Origin: Verrucomicrobiota bacterium
Lineage (GTDB): Bacteria; Verrucomicrobiota; Verrucomicrobiia; Limisphaerales; UBA9464
DNA length: 64,000 bases
Assembly: GCA_017309115.1 (NCBI GenBank)
Contig: JAFLEF010000037.1
Span: forward strand, 4,350 to 68,349
Direction: 5' to 3'
The notes under the pieces are model-generated. The model was given only the letters and a program-made list of their open reading frames with translations. It was not told the DNA's origin and searched no databases. Every line of letters starts with the position of its first letter. Position 1 is the first letter of the stretch. A program made the position numbers and the translations under genes. Positions 27,901 to 35,421 of the stretch are shown one piece after another.

Positions 27901-29342
27901 CAACGACCGCCGCCAAAGTGACTTCCCTTTGGGGAGCCTCCGATCCCTTTGCTCCGGGAACCCGCGGCGCAGCTGTCAAAGTTATTACGGACGCCATCGG
28001 TTCGGTCATCAATTCCAAGGACGGCCTGATCCTCGGCCGCGCTTCGGTGTATCTCGAAGGTCGCCGAACCACCGTGCGCCAGCAGGAATCCAACTTCGGC
28101 AATCTCTCCGCCGACGCCAATCTCTGGTACGCCCAGCAGTATGATCCCGCCGTCCAAGTCTCACTCAAGAACGGCGGTGGCATTCGGAATTCCATTGGCT
28201 CCACTGGACCCGCCGGCGAACTCCTGCCCACCCGCGCCAATCCCTCGGCCGGCAAGATCGGCGGGGACATCAGCCGGCTGGACATTGAGGATTCCCTCAA
28301 GTTCAACAACGCCCTGACCGTTCTCAGTGTAAATGCCGGCCAGCTCAAGCTGCTCCTGGAACACGGGGTCGCGGCCAGCACTGGAACCGGAGCCGACCGC
28401 GCCACGCCTGGTCAGTTCTGTCAGTTGGGAGGCATCGTCGTGGTCGCCGATCTGACCCAACCCGCCCAGCGCTACACCAGCGCCGCCAACGTGATCTCCG
28501 CAGTCACGGAAGGTCAGCGCATCCGCTTCGCAGCCTTGCTCGATGAGAATGGGCAACCGGGCGACGTGTTGGTTGCTGACGGCGAAGTTCTGAATCCCGG
28601 ACGCACGATTCGGTTGGTGACCCTCAACTTCCTCGCCAATCCCGGCGCCGCAGGCTCGGACTTCGGCGGTGACAGCTATCCATTCCCGTACATCAACCGT
28701 CTCAACGGCAATCTGGCTTACGATCGTCGCGACTTGAACTCGGCCACGCTGACTCCTCCCCTGCCGGCAACCTTCCCGGCCCTTGCTTCGTTCGCCCTGC
28801 CCGGCACCGAGCAGGACGCCTTTGCCGAGTATCTTCAGGCTTTCCACAAAACCACCCCGTTTGCCCAGGCCGACACCTCCGGCGATCGCGACCGCCGCCT
28901 GGTTCAGGGAACGGCGGACACGGATGGCGACGGATTCTCCAACGCCGAGGAAACGTCGCTGTTCTCCCTGGGGATGAGCCCGGATCGGAGCGCCACGGCG
29001 TCCCAGACCAACGCTCTCCTTCGTCTCCGGCGTCAGGGACAGTCTGACGTCGTCGGAACTCCGTCCGCCTTCAACCTGTTTACTTCCCTCCAGGTGGATG
29101 AAGCGCGATTGGCAGGTCGAACCGACGTGGTTTCGGATCCCGCGCCCTACGGACTCTACACGGCACCCCGAGCGGACATTCGTTTGGATGGCCTGATCCT
29201 GCCCTTTACCAACAACGCGGTGGTCACCTTCAAGCTCCAATCCTCGGATGACTTCACCACGTGGACCGATGCCGCCGTCGTCCCCAACGTCTCGGTGGAT
29301 CTGACCACTCCGGCGAAGTACTTCCGCTTCCGAGCGGAGTAA
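24972..29342 (+). CDS. Secreted fusion protein: PhoD-like phosphatase + UshA-type 5'-nucleotidase/metallophosphoesterase + acidic Ca-binding-like repeat + C-terminal FRF module
   Basis: The ATG at 24972 gives MRSVLTCLLALGAGYPLHS, a signal peptide. The PhoD N-terminus is FLHGIASGDPAPDSVVLWTRA, with VIWDDHETAND. The second half has ILHASDMEAD, GNHEFDLG and the 5'-nucleotidase C-domain motif (ESNFGNLSADA). It also carries DTDGDGFSNAEE. The protein ends AKYFRFRAE. Confidence 0.85.
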   Translation: MRSVLTCLLALGAGYPLHSATQFLHGIASGDPAPDSVVLWTRATPDAAGPVTLTWQISTTPEFTTTLQSGTFQTDANRDYTVKVIPTGLQAGTTYYYRFLADNGAAASETGRTKTLPTGEVGQVRLAVFSCANITADPFDAYAKAARIGDYDALVHTGDYIYEYGLGGYPEAEGLAEAVGFEPDRECITLEDYRLRYAQYHRAPKLQAARASAPFIVIWDDHETANDAYAGGAQNHSPAIEGSWTNRVSAALQAYYEWQPIREPASGDRRQAYRSFDFGNLVSLHMLETRLNARDLQLDLAPTQTQAVTRIGAILADPTLVAQYATTYGLSPPTGPGDTAGITAFSTALGPIVTAEFVTQNVTQMYTGDRKLLGAEQLQWLQGQLAGSGATWQVLGQQVLMGNMTMPAELLIELASGSVSPATIVKYLTPVTKRANGLPLTPAEQAVLANANPLPYNSDAWDGYGRERETVLQTAASLGKKLVVFAGDTHNAWSSTLRTFSAGPGVPAGTVAGIEFAAPGVSSPGIERYFPGQQGILRDLFLGYSPNLKFANLANRGFLDVTFKPDGVTAKFYLRERSADRRQWLVETLSGPTPSSISQSAPTSENDNYRLQILHASDMEADVVTLETAPRFAALVDRLEDNSAVDASITLAAGDIVIPGAFLSAGNDPSTVAPLKTVLGLVFNFDASGAATDLRESAGRPDIAILNAIGFDAASIGNHEFDLGPTEFASMILPDVRSGGLPRLRNYGAAFPLLSANLDFSGVPTGESALAARSTQQILPASRFGANPSTDASYVSTAAADIAQHPKLATATIIERGTEKIGVLGVTPPDLANISSPGSVRVTGPQGSTATSPRTYDIAALAAHLQPVIDALRTNGCTKIVLSSQLQQIDNEKALAQSLDGVDVIVAGGSGTIYVNDPANLLPGDTAAGRYPFLTTDKLGRTVAVVSTEGQYQYLGQLVVDFDNEGNVLGVSGDTLPTTAAKVTSLWGASDPFAPGTRGAAVKVITDAIGSVINSKDGLILGRASVYLEGRRTTVRQQESNFGNLSADANLWYAQQYDPAVQVSLKNGGGIRNSIGSTGPAGELLPTRANPSAGKIGGDISRLDIEDSLKFNNALTVLSVNAGQLKLLLEHGVAASTGTGADRATPGQFCQLGGIVVVADLTQPAQRYTSAANVISAVTEGQRIRFAALLDENGQPGDVLVADGEVLNPGRTIRLVTLNFLANPGAAGSDFGGDSYPFPYINRLNGNLAYDRRDLNSATLTPPLPATFPALASFALPGTEQDAFAEYLQAFHKTTPFAQADTSGDRDRRLVQGTADTDGDGFSNAEETSLFSLGMSPDRSATASQTNALLRLRRQGQSDVVGTPSAFNLFTSLQVDEARLAGRTDVVSDPAPYGLYTAPRADIRLDGLILPFTNNAVVTFKLQSSDDFTTWTDAAVVPNVSVDLTTPAKYFRFRAE

Positions 29343-29453
29343 GATCGACACCCGACGGGAACAACCCGGGCGGACCGGTGGTCCGACCGTCCGAGGGCTT
29401 GCCAACATCTCAACATCGACATCGGTGCGGCCTTGCCGTAATTCCTGCGCCGG

Positions 29454-30248
29454 ATGACGACGCCAAACCACCATCTCCTCGAGAAACTCTGTCGCTTGGC
29501 CGAACAGGCCGGGTTGGAAACCCTGCGGTTCTACCGCACGGGAACCGCAGCCACGCTTAAGGAAGACAAATCCCCACTCACCGATGCCGATCGCGCCTCG
29601 CACACGCTGATCGTCAATGCCCTCCCTCAGTTGCTCCCGGGCGTGCGGGTGATTTCCGAGGAATCCGACGACTTGGCGGACGCCGTGATCGACACCACCC
29701 AGCCGTTCTGGCTCGTCGATCCTTTGGACGGCACCAAGGAATTCCTCAAGGGCACGGGGGAGTTCACGGTGAACATCGCCTTGCTCGAGAACGGCCGCCC
29801 CGTCTTGGGCGTGGTGCATGCCCCGGCCATTAGGCTCACCTACTTCGCCACCCTCGAAGGCGGCGCCTTTCGTCAGAGTGGCGATGCCCCAGCCACCGCC
29901 ATTCGCACCCAACCCGCACCGGCGAACGCCATGCGCGTCGTAGCCAGCAAGGATCACGCTGGTCCGCTGGTGCAAAAACTCCTCTCGAGCCTGACCAACC
30001 CGGAACTCAAGTCGATGGGCAGTTCGCTCAAGTTCTGCATGGTGGCGGCAGGTGAGGCAGACGTTTACCTGCGAGATGTTCCGACCATGGAATGGGACAC
30101 CGCAGCCGCTCAATGCGTGGTCGAAGCGGCCGGCGGCTCGCTCTGCACACTGGACGGCGAGCCCCTTCGCTACGGCAAACCCGGATTGAAGAATGGTGGC
30201 ATCATCACCGTGGGCGATCCGAAGCTGAACTGGAAAGCGCTCCTGTAG
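29454..30248 (+). CDS. cysQ: 3'(2'),5'-bisphosphate nucleotidase CysQ (inositol monophosphatase family)
   Basis: EESDD, WLVDPLDGTKEFL and WDTAAAQCVVEAAGG motifs. The length is typical at 264 aa. Confidence 0.85.
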   Translation: MTTPNHHLLEKLCRLAEQAGLETLRFYRTGTAATLKEDKSPLTDADRASHTLIVNALPQLLPGVRVISEESDDLADAVIDTTQPFWLVDPLDGTKEFLKGTGEFTVNIALLENGRPVLGVVHAPAIRLTYFATLEGGAFRQSGDAPATAIRTQPAPANAMRVVASKDHAGPLVQKLLSSLTNPELKSMGSSLKFCMVAAGEADVYLRDVPTMEWDTAAAQCVVEAAGGSLCTLDGEPLRYGKPGLKNGGIITVGDPKLNWKALL

Positions 30249-30258
30249 ATACCGGAAG

Positions 30259-30288
30259 AATCTGTGAAAATCTGCGTTAAATCTGCGG
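30259..30288 (+). repeat. 30-bp element made of three phased AATCTG(T/C)G decamer units (copy 1)
   Basis: aatctgtgaaaatctgcgttaaatctgcgg, preceded by ccggaag. It differs at one base from 55053..55082. Confidence 0.75.
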
Positions 30289-30345
30289 ATAAACCCGCCT
30301 TTCACCACGGAGGCTGATCCGCGGTTCCAACTGAATCGCGCCCGG

Positions 30346-31341
30346 TCAGAACACCGCGATCGGATTGACCGGCGAACCCGTTCCGCCCGGGACCGTCAAC
30401 GGCGCTACTGTGAGCATAAACACCCACCGCTGCCGCTGCCCGGCCGCTTGGCTCAATGCCTCCAGGTCGCAGTTGTCGAGAATCCAGGTTCCCATAGCGA
30501 CCAGACACAGTTGGTGAAGAGGCATGGCGACTCCCTCGACGCCCGAAGGCAACACATCGGCGGCCGCGTCGCTCCCCAGAACGGCCACGTCGCGTTCCCG
30601 CAGCCAACGGGCGCAGCTCCCGTGCAAACCCGCGAAGGACCCACTCCACGGTCCCAGCTTCAGTCGCCGAGCCCAGCGACCGGTGCGGATCAGCACCACA
30701 TCACCCGCCCCAACCTTCAACCCGGTCTTTTGTTCCCAAGCGATGAGGTCGGCCGGATAAATCGCCGTCCCGGGTTCAAGGAATTCGACGCCCTTGAGCA
30801 GGGGTAAATCGATCAGGATTCCCCGGCTCACAATTCCGTTCTTGAGGTTCGCAATCCCAAGCCGCTGGGCGCCCTCCGAAGTGATCCCGCTCTGCGGATA
30901 CCCGTTGTACAGGCGGCCCTGATGAAACATGTGGCACAGGCTGTCGATGTGGGTGTGGGCCAGTCCGTGATAGGACATCCGAAAGGTGTCGGCGCTGGAA
31001 TACCCGGGGTTGTTGGTTCCCGCCCGATCCATCAAATGCTGAAACGGCGCCCCATTGTCGGCCGCCTTCTCCTTCTCGACCAAGCGCGCGCAGGAAACCG
31101 ACACGCCCTCTCTGACCAACGCCGCAGCCGCCTGGCGCTTGGCTGGCGTCACCAGATTGAGCGCGCCCAGCTCGTCCTCCGGACCCCATCGACCCCAGTT
31201 GGACAACTCCTTCATCCAGACCTCGAAGTCCGCCCGATTCCGCAACACCGAGGTCGATGCAACCTCCTCCGCCGCCCGGGCGCCGATCGGGTCAAGACCG
31301 AGAACAACGTGCACCAGAATCAGGACCAGTCGGAGTTTCAT
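30346..31341 (-). CDS. Secreted cyclase-family protein (kynurenine formamidase-like fold)
   Basis: ORF 30346..31362 (TTG). The ATG at 31341 gives MKLRLVLILVHVVLGLDPIGARA, a signal peptide. YHGLAHTHIDSLCHMF resembles the HxGTHxDxxxH cyclase motif. The assignment is moderate. Confidence 0.65.
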   Translation of the reverse strand: MKLRLVLILVHVVLGLDPIGARAAEEVASTSVLRNRADFEVWMKELSNWGRWGPEDELGALNLVTPAKRQAAAALVREGVSVSCARLVEKEKAADNGAPFQHLMDRAGTNNPGYSSADTFRMSYHGLAHTHIDSLCHMFHQGRLYNGYPQSGITSEGAQRLGIANLKNGIVSRGILIDLPLLKGVEFLEPGTAIYPADLIAWEQKTGLKVGAGDVVLIRTGRWARRLKLGPWSGSFAGLHGSCARWLRERDVAVLGSDAAADVLPSGVEGVAMPLHQLCLVAMGTWILDNCDLEALSQAAGQRQRWVFMLTVAPLTVPGGTGSPVNPIAVF

Positions 31342-31377
31342 CACAGGGAGAAATTGGAACAACCCACCACCACGAAC

Positions 31378-32775
31378 TCAGGGCACATAGTCAAAACGCA
31401 CCAATTGGGCGTCGCGATTGTTGGCCCAGGCGGAACCCCACTCCAGCAGGTACAGCGCACCATCCGGCCCAAAGGACATCGAGATGGGACGCTTCACACT
31501 CAAGTGCGGTGCGAACGGTTCGAGGGAGTTCAGCCGACCTTCGGAATCAAGGCGCACCGTGCAGATCCAACTGCGCTCCCATTCGAAAATGAAGAGCGCC
31601 CCGTCGTAGTCCCGCGGAAACTTCCGGGGTGACTCGAGGGCGCCGTTGAAATGATACCTTGGCCCAGCCATGGCGGACCGCGCCCCGGAACCCACCTGCG
31701 GAAAGCGGGTCGAGAATCCCGGCGGATACCAAATCAGCGCCGGTTGGGCGGGGGGCAGATCGACGATGCCCGTGTTGTTGGCCGACCGGTTGACCGGCGC
31801 GAGCGGATCAAACGGCGAACCGGATTCGCGGTTCGCAAAGTCAAAGGCCCGGTACGGCTTGTTGTCGGCAAGGAAATAGGGCCAGCCAAAGTTGCCCGCC
31901 CGAGTGGCCACATTGAATTCGTCAAAACCCGCTGGGCCCTGCTGCGCACTGGGCTCCATGGCGTCCGGCCCCACATCCCCCCAGAACAGCCAACCGGTCT
32001 CCTCATCGACGCTGAATCGAAACGGATTCCGGCATCCCATGATGTAGATCTCCGGAAGTGTCTTCGGGGTCCCGGGCGGAAAGAGATTCCCCGCCGGGAT
32101 CTGATACGTGCCATCCGGCAGCGGATGAATCCGCAGGATCTTTCCGCGCAGATCCAGGGTGTTGGCCGCTGTCCGTTGGGAATCGTGGATCTCCCGGCCC
32201 GGCCGATCGTCCAGCGGGCTGTAGCCTTCGGAGTCGTTGATGGAGGTGTAGTCGCCGGTGGACACATACAGATTGCCCGCTCCGTCAAAGCCCAGCCCAC
32301 CTCCGGAATGATTGGGCTTGGGGATCAGCGTGGGAATGCGGAGCAACACCCGGGCTGAAGTCAGGTCCAGAGAATCCCCGGTGACGGTGAATCGGGACAC
32401 CCGATTCTCCAGGACTCCAGGAACCGAATGAAACAGGTAGAGCCAATGGTTCGTGAGGAAGCCCGGATCCAACGCCAACCCGAGGAGTCCGTCCTCCGGT
32501 CCCGTGAAGACCTCCAGTTTGCCCAGGGTCTGCGCTCCCGAGCGGTCAGGCCGCCAGACCTTAACGCCCCCGTGGCGTTCACCGAAAAACACCCGGCCAT
32601 CCCGCGCCACCGAAAGTTGAATGGGTTCATCCAGTCCGGTTGCCAAAACCACCTTCTGGAACGGGAGCGAATTGACGCGCGGAGTTCCCTGGCCGCCTGG
32701 GATCGGATGCGCTCCGACGGCTTCCACGATCAGAAGGCAGATCCAAACCACACACCTCGCCCAAGTGGGGAACAC
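31378..32775 (-). CDS. PQQ-dependent sugar (glucose/sorbosone) dehydrogenase, beta-propeller
   Basis: GLLGLALDPGFLTNHWLYLFHS, HSGGGLGFDGAGNLYVSTGD, GKILRIHPLPDGTYQIPAGNLF, GCRNPFRFSVD and GFDEFN motifs. Confidence 0.8.
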   Translation of the reverse strand: MFPTWARCVVWICLLIVEAVGAHPIPGGQGTPRVNSLPFQKVVLATGLDEPIQLSVARDGRVFFGERHGGVKVWRPDRSGAQTLGKLEVFTGPEDGLLGLALDPGFLTNHWLYLFHSVPGVLENRVSRFTVTGDSLDLTSARVLLRIPTLIPKPNHSGGGLGFDGAGNLYVSTGDYTSINDSEGYSPLDDRPGREIHDSQRTAANTLDLRGKILRIHPLPDGTYQIPAGNLFPPGTPKTLPEIYIMGCRNPFRFSVDEETGWLFWGDVGPDAMEPSAQQGPAGFDEFNVATRAGNFGWPYFLADNKPYRAFDFANRESGSPFDPLAPVNRSANNTGIVDLPPAQPALIWYPPGFSTRFPQVGSGARSAMAGPRYHFNGALESPRKFPRDYDGALFIFEWERSWICTVRLDSEGRLNSLEPFAPHLSVKRPISMSFGPDGALYLLEWGSAWANNRDAQLVRFDYVP

Positions 32776-32865
32776 CCGGAAATCCTATCCGGACACCTGG
32801 GAAAGTCCGCCACAAATCCGGTCCGAACACCCAACCTCAAAATCCAGCATCACGAGGAGACGGGA

Positions 32866-34512
32866 TTAAGGGACAGCACCGGATTCGGCCTGCGGACGGC
32901 CCTCCCGATAAAGCTCGCTCATTTCCTCGGGATTGAGCGCCCGGCTGAACAGGTAGAACTCATCCATTGCCCCGCTGAAATTGCGAATCAGAAAGGGATC
33001 CTTCCCGGGAAATCCGCTCGCGTTCCAGTTGCCCAACTCCGCCACGCCAATCTGGAACGGAGGGTCGATTCGCAGGGCCTTGGTCCCCACCGGCCGGCCG
33101 TTGACGTAATGCGTCACAGTCCCGCCTTCGCCATCCAACACCACCGCCAAATGCAGCCAGCTTCCCAACTGATCCAAGGTCAGCACCGGCGAACTGGCCA
33201 CAATCTGGAACTCACCTTCGCCCGGACCAATCACCGTGAACCCGAGCACACCGTCGTCGCGAATCGACCAGTGCACGGTTCCGGGCGCGAATCCGTCCGA
33301 CATGAACAAGGAATTGATCTGTCGATCCAGTCCTTGCACCCGCACCCACGCCGCCAGGGTCAGGGACTCAAACTCACCGGGCAGATTCATCCGCACGCGA
33401 TCCCCAACGCGTTGAAACTCCAGCGCCGGTTTCGCCGGCCATCGTCCTTCGACCCACTGACCGCCGACGATGGTGGCGTCGGGCATCTCAGCACCTCCCT
33501 GCCCCACATTCTGCAGCTGCCAATCCGACCGCGCCGAATGCTCGAAGTCAAAGTGCACCCGCAGCGAGGGATCGGCCTGACGCCGGCGGGCAGTCAACCG
33601 CCATTGATCGTACCGCTTGGCTTCGGCGACGGCGGACTTTGCCTGCAACGCGAACAACGAACCAAATGCCGCCGCGTCGGCAACCGTCCGTTGCGGCCGC
33701 CCCGCTCGTTCGACCGCGACTCCGGCGCCCTGGGGCAGGACCTGCGGGACGGCGCTCGACATCGACTGAACCTGCACGCTTCCCTGGAACACGTGGAGTT
33801 CCGCCCCGGTCGCCTGCACGGCCAAGCCGAAAGACGTGCCCAGGTCGGTCACGGCCAGGTCGGGCGTTCGCACGCGGAAGCCGCGGGCTTCGGGAGGAAC
33901 TTCCGCCACCAAACGACCAACCGGACAAAAGGCCTCTCCCGGCGAAATGATCTGAAGTTCAGCCGGTCCTTCCAACACCACCCGGGCCCCGCTGTAAAAC
34001 ACCACCTGCACCAGCCCGCTCCGGACGCGAATCCAACCCGGTTCCAGGGGAGCACCCAGTTTAGGAATGGGACCGCCAGCCTCCCACTGCGCGTCGACGA
34101 CGCGGTTCAAGAGGGCTACGGCCTTGCTGGTGGCGCCTCGCTTGCCCCCATTCAAATCCGGACGCAGGACCCAGAATCCCACGGCCAGGAACACCAGGGC
34201 CGCCGCCATCGCCAAGGTCCAGACCGACCCCAACCGTTTCCCTCGCCTGCCCCGAATCGATCCACGCCGAACCTCCGACGGAGGTGCCTCCCCTGCGAAC
34301 GCGCCGGTCAATTCCCGCGGGCCGCTCAAGTGCAGTTCCGATTCCGACGCGAGCCACGAATGCAGTTCCACCCGCAGGAGGTATTCGTCCCGCGCCGCCG
34401 CCTCAGTCCGCAACAGCCCATGAAGCGCCTGGAGTTGATCCTCGGACGCCGTGCCGTGACACACCGCCGCCACGGCGTCATCGAAGTCCCGGGAGGGGAA
34501 CGTCAGCTTCAT
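32866..34512 (-). CDS. Anti-sigma factor (FecR-like) with a C-terminal LamG/concanavalin-like domain
   Basis: The ATG at 34512 (MKLTFPSRDFDDAVAAVCHGTASEDQLQALHGLL) forms an ATGA overlap with the sigma gene stop. A single TM helix, LAMAAALVFLAVGFWVL, is followed by a FecR-like region and then a LamG tail (LTLAAWVRVQG...MDEFYLFSRALNPEEMSELY). Confidence 0.8.
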   Translation of the reverse strand: MKLTFPSRDFDDAVAAVCHGTASEDQLQALHGLLRTEAAARDEYLLRVELHSWLASESELHLSGPRELTGAFAGEAPPSEVRRGSIRGRRGKRLGSVWTLAMAAALVFLAVGFWVLRPDLNGGKRGATSKAVALLNRVVDAQWEAGGPIPKLGAPLEPGWIRVRSGLVQVVFYSGARVVLEGPAELQIISPGEAFCPVGRLVAEVPPEARGFRVRTPDLAVTDLGTSFGLAVQATGAELHVFQGSVQVQSMSSAVPQVLPQGAGVAVERAGRPQRTVADAAAFGSLFALQAKSAVAEAKRYDQWRLTARRRQADPSLRVHFDFEHSARSDWQLQNVGQGGAEMPDATIVGGQWVEGRWPAKPALEFQRVGDRVRMNLPGEFESLTLAAWVRVQGLDRQINSLFMSDGFAPGTVHWSIRDDGVLGFTVIGPGEGEFQIVASSPVLTLDQLGSWLHLAVVLDGEGGTVTHYVNGRPVGTKALRIDPPFQIGVAELGNWNASGFPGKDPFLIRNFSGAMDEFYLFSRALNPEEMSELYREGRPQAESGAVP

Positions 34513-35066
34513 GACACCGCCCCTCCCGCCTTCGCGGCGTTCTCGATACAAGCCTGAAGCGCTTGTCGGACCCGTTGCAGGGTTTTGTAGGTGGCGCCCA
34601 CGGTTCGACCCGAATGTTCGGCCAGTGTCTCGATACCGTCCCGGCGGTAGTAGTAGCCTTCCACCAAATCGCGTTGCTCCCGCGGCAACTGGGTCAGACA
34701 CCCTTCCAGGTGCTTCAAGCGAAGTTCCAAGTCCGGCCGCAGCTCCTCGCGCCGGCGGGCCAGTTCCTCCGCCAAACCTCCCTGCAGCAGCGCCTGCCAC
34801 CGCTGGCGGCGTTCGATCCACTGACGGGTCTTGTTAAGCGCGAATCGACAAGCCCAGGGGGTGAACGGTTGCTGCGGATCGTAAGCGTCAAACTTCTCCC
34901 AGAGCGTCAACGCCGTTTGCTGAACAATATCCTCGGCGTCCGCCACGTTGGGAACGAGCGCGGCCACGTACCGGAAAATCTCCCGTTCGCTGCGCAGGAA
35001 CAGCGACAGGAACCGCTGTTGGGCGGCATTCTGATCCCCAAAAGGGCGCGTTGGTTCGGAAGACAT
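34509..35066 (-). CDS. ECF-type RNA polymerase sigma factor
   Basis: The ATG at 35066 gives MSSEPTRPFGDQNAAQQRFLSLFLRSEREIFRYVAALVPNVADAEDIVQQTALTLWEKFDAYDP (region 2). Region 4 follows: REQRDLVEGYYYRRDGIETLAEHSGRTVGATYKTLQRVRQAL. Confidence 0.85.
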   Translation of the reverse strand: MSSEPTRPFGDQNAAQQRFLSLFLRSEREIFRYVAALVPNVADAEDIVQQTALTLWEKFDAYDPQQPFTPWACRFALNKTRQWIERRQRWQALLQGGLAEELARRREELRPDLELRLKHLEGCLTQLPREQRDLVEGYYYRRDGIETLAEHSGRTVGATYKTLQRVRQALQACIENAAKAGGAVS

Positions 35067-35303
35067 TCTAGAGGTTCTCGTCGTACTTCCGTTAAACCCA
35101 CCGTTTTGGACAAAGAATGGCCACCGAATTCCTCCCAGCCTTCCCGGCGGACAGTGGGGCGCCGCTCCTACCCTTCGACTCCGCCGCAAGTAGCCGACGA
35201 GGGGACGAGGCGCTGACTCACGAGGCAAACCTCCACGCCCGGGTCCAGCCACGACGGGCAGGGAGAAGAATGGCGCCTCCTGCCGTCGGCGACTACCGCA
35301 GCT

Positions 35304-35331
35304 TTCCTTACCCCTTACCGCTTACCCCTTA
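35304..35331. repeat. Heptamer microsatellite (CCTTACC/GCTTACC)x4
   Basis: ccttacc ccttacc gcttacc ccttacc. This is the reverse complement of the unit at 14466..14486. It is intergenic. Confidence 0.8.
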
Positions 35332-35358
35332 CCCGTTCCGACCTCTCAGCTTGAATGC

Positions 35359-35388
35359 AAAAAGCCGGAAGGATTCCTCCTTCCGGCT
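35359..35388 (-). terminator. Rho-independent terminator of the giant LamG/PA14 gene
   Basis: Stem agccggaagga (35363..35373) pairs with tccttccggct (35378..35388) around the loop ttcc. The A-run 35359..35363 gives a U-tail on the minus strand. The hairpin lies 34 nt after the stop at 35422. Confidence 0.75.
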
Positions 35389-35421
35389 GTGCACCGTTAT
35401 CCAAACTACCTCATCAAATTC

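Noticed and set aside
32428-34557. A 709-aa plus-strand ORF, and similar very long ORFs (28161..30308 minus, 21328..22956 plus, 35524..37356 plus, 45430..47205 plus, 39702..40958 minus, 55555..56484 plus)
   Set aside because: Each lies antisense to, or out of frame with, a gene that has strong family signatures (anti-sigma, PhoD fusion/cysQ, exoproteins, permease, FAD enzyme, ureC). Their translations are R/P/G-rich low-complexity text. These are typical shadow ORFs of high-GC DNA.
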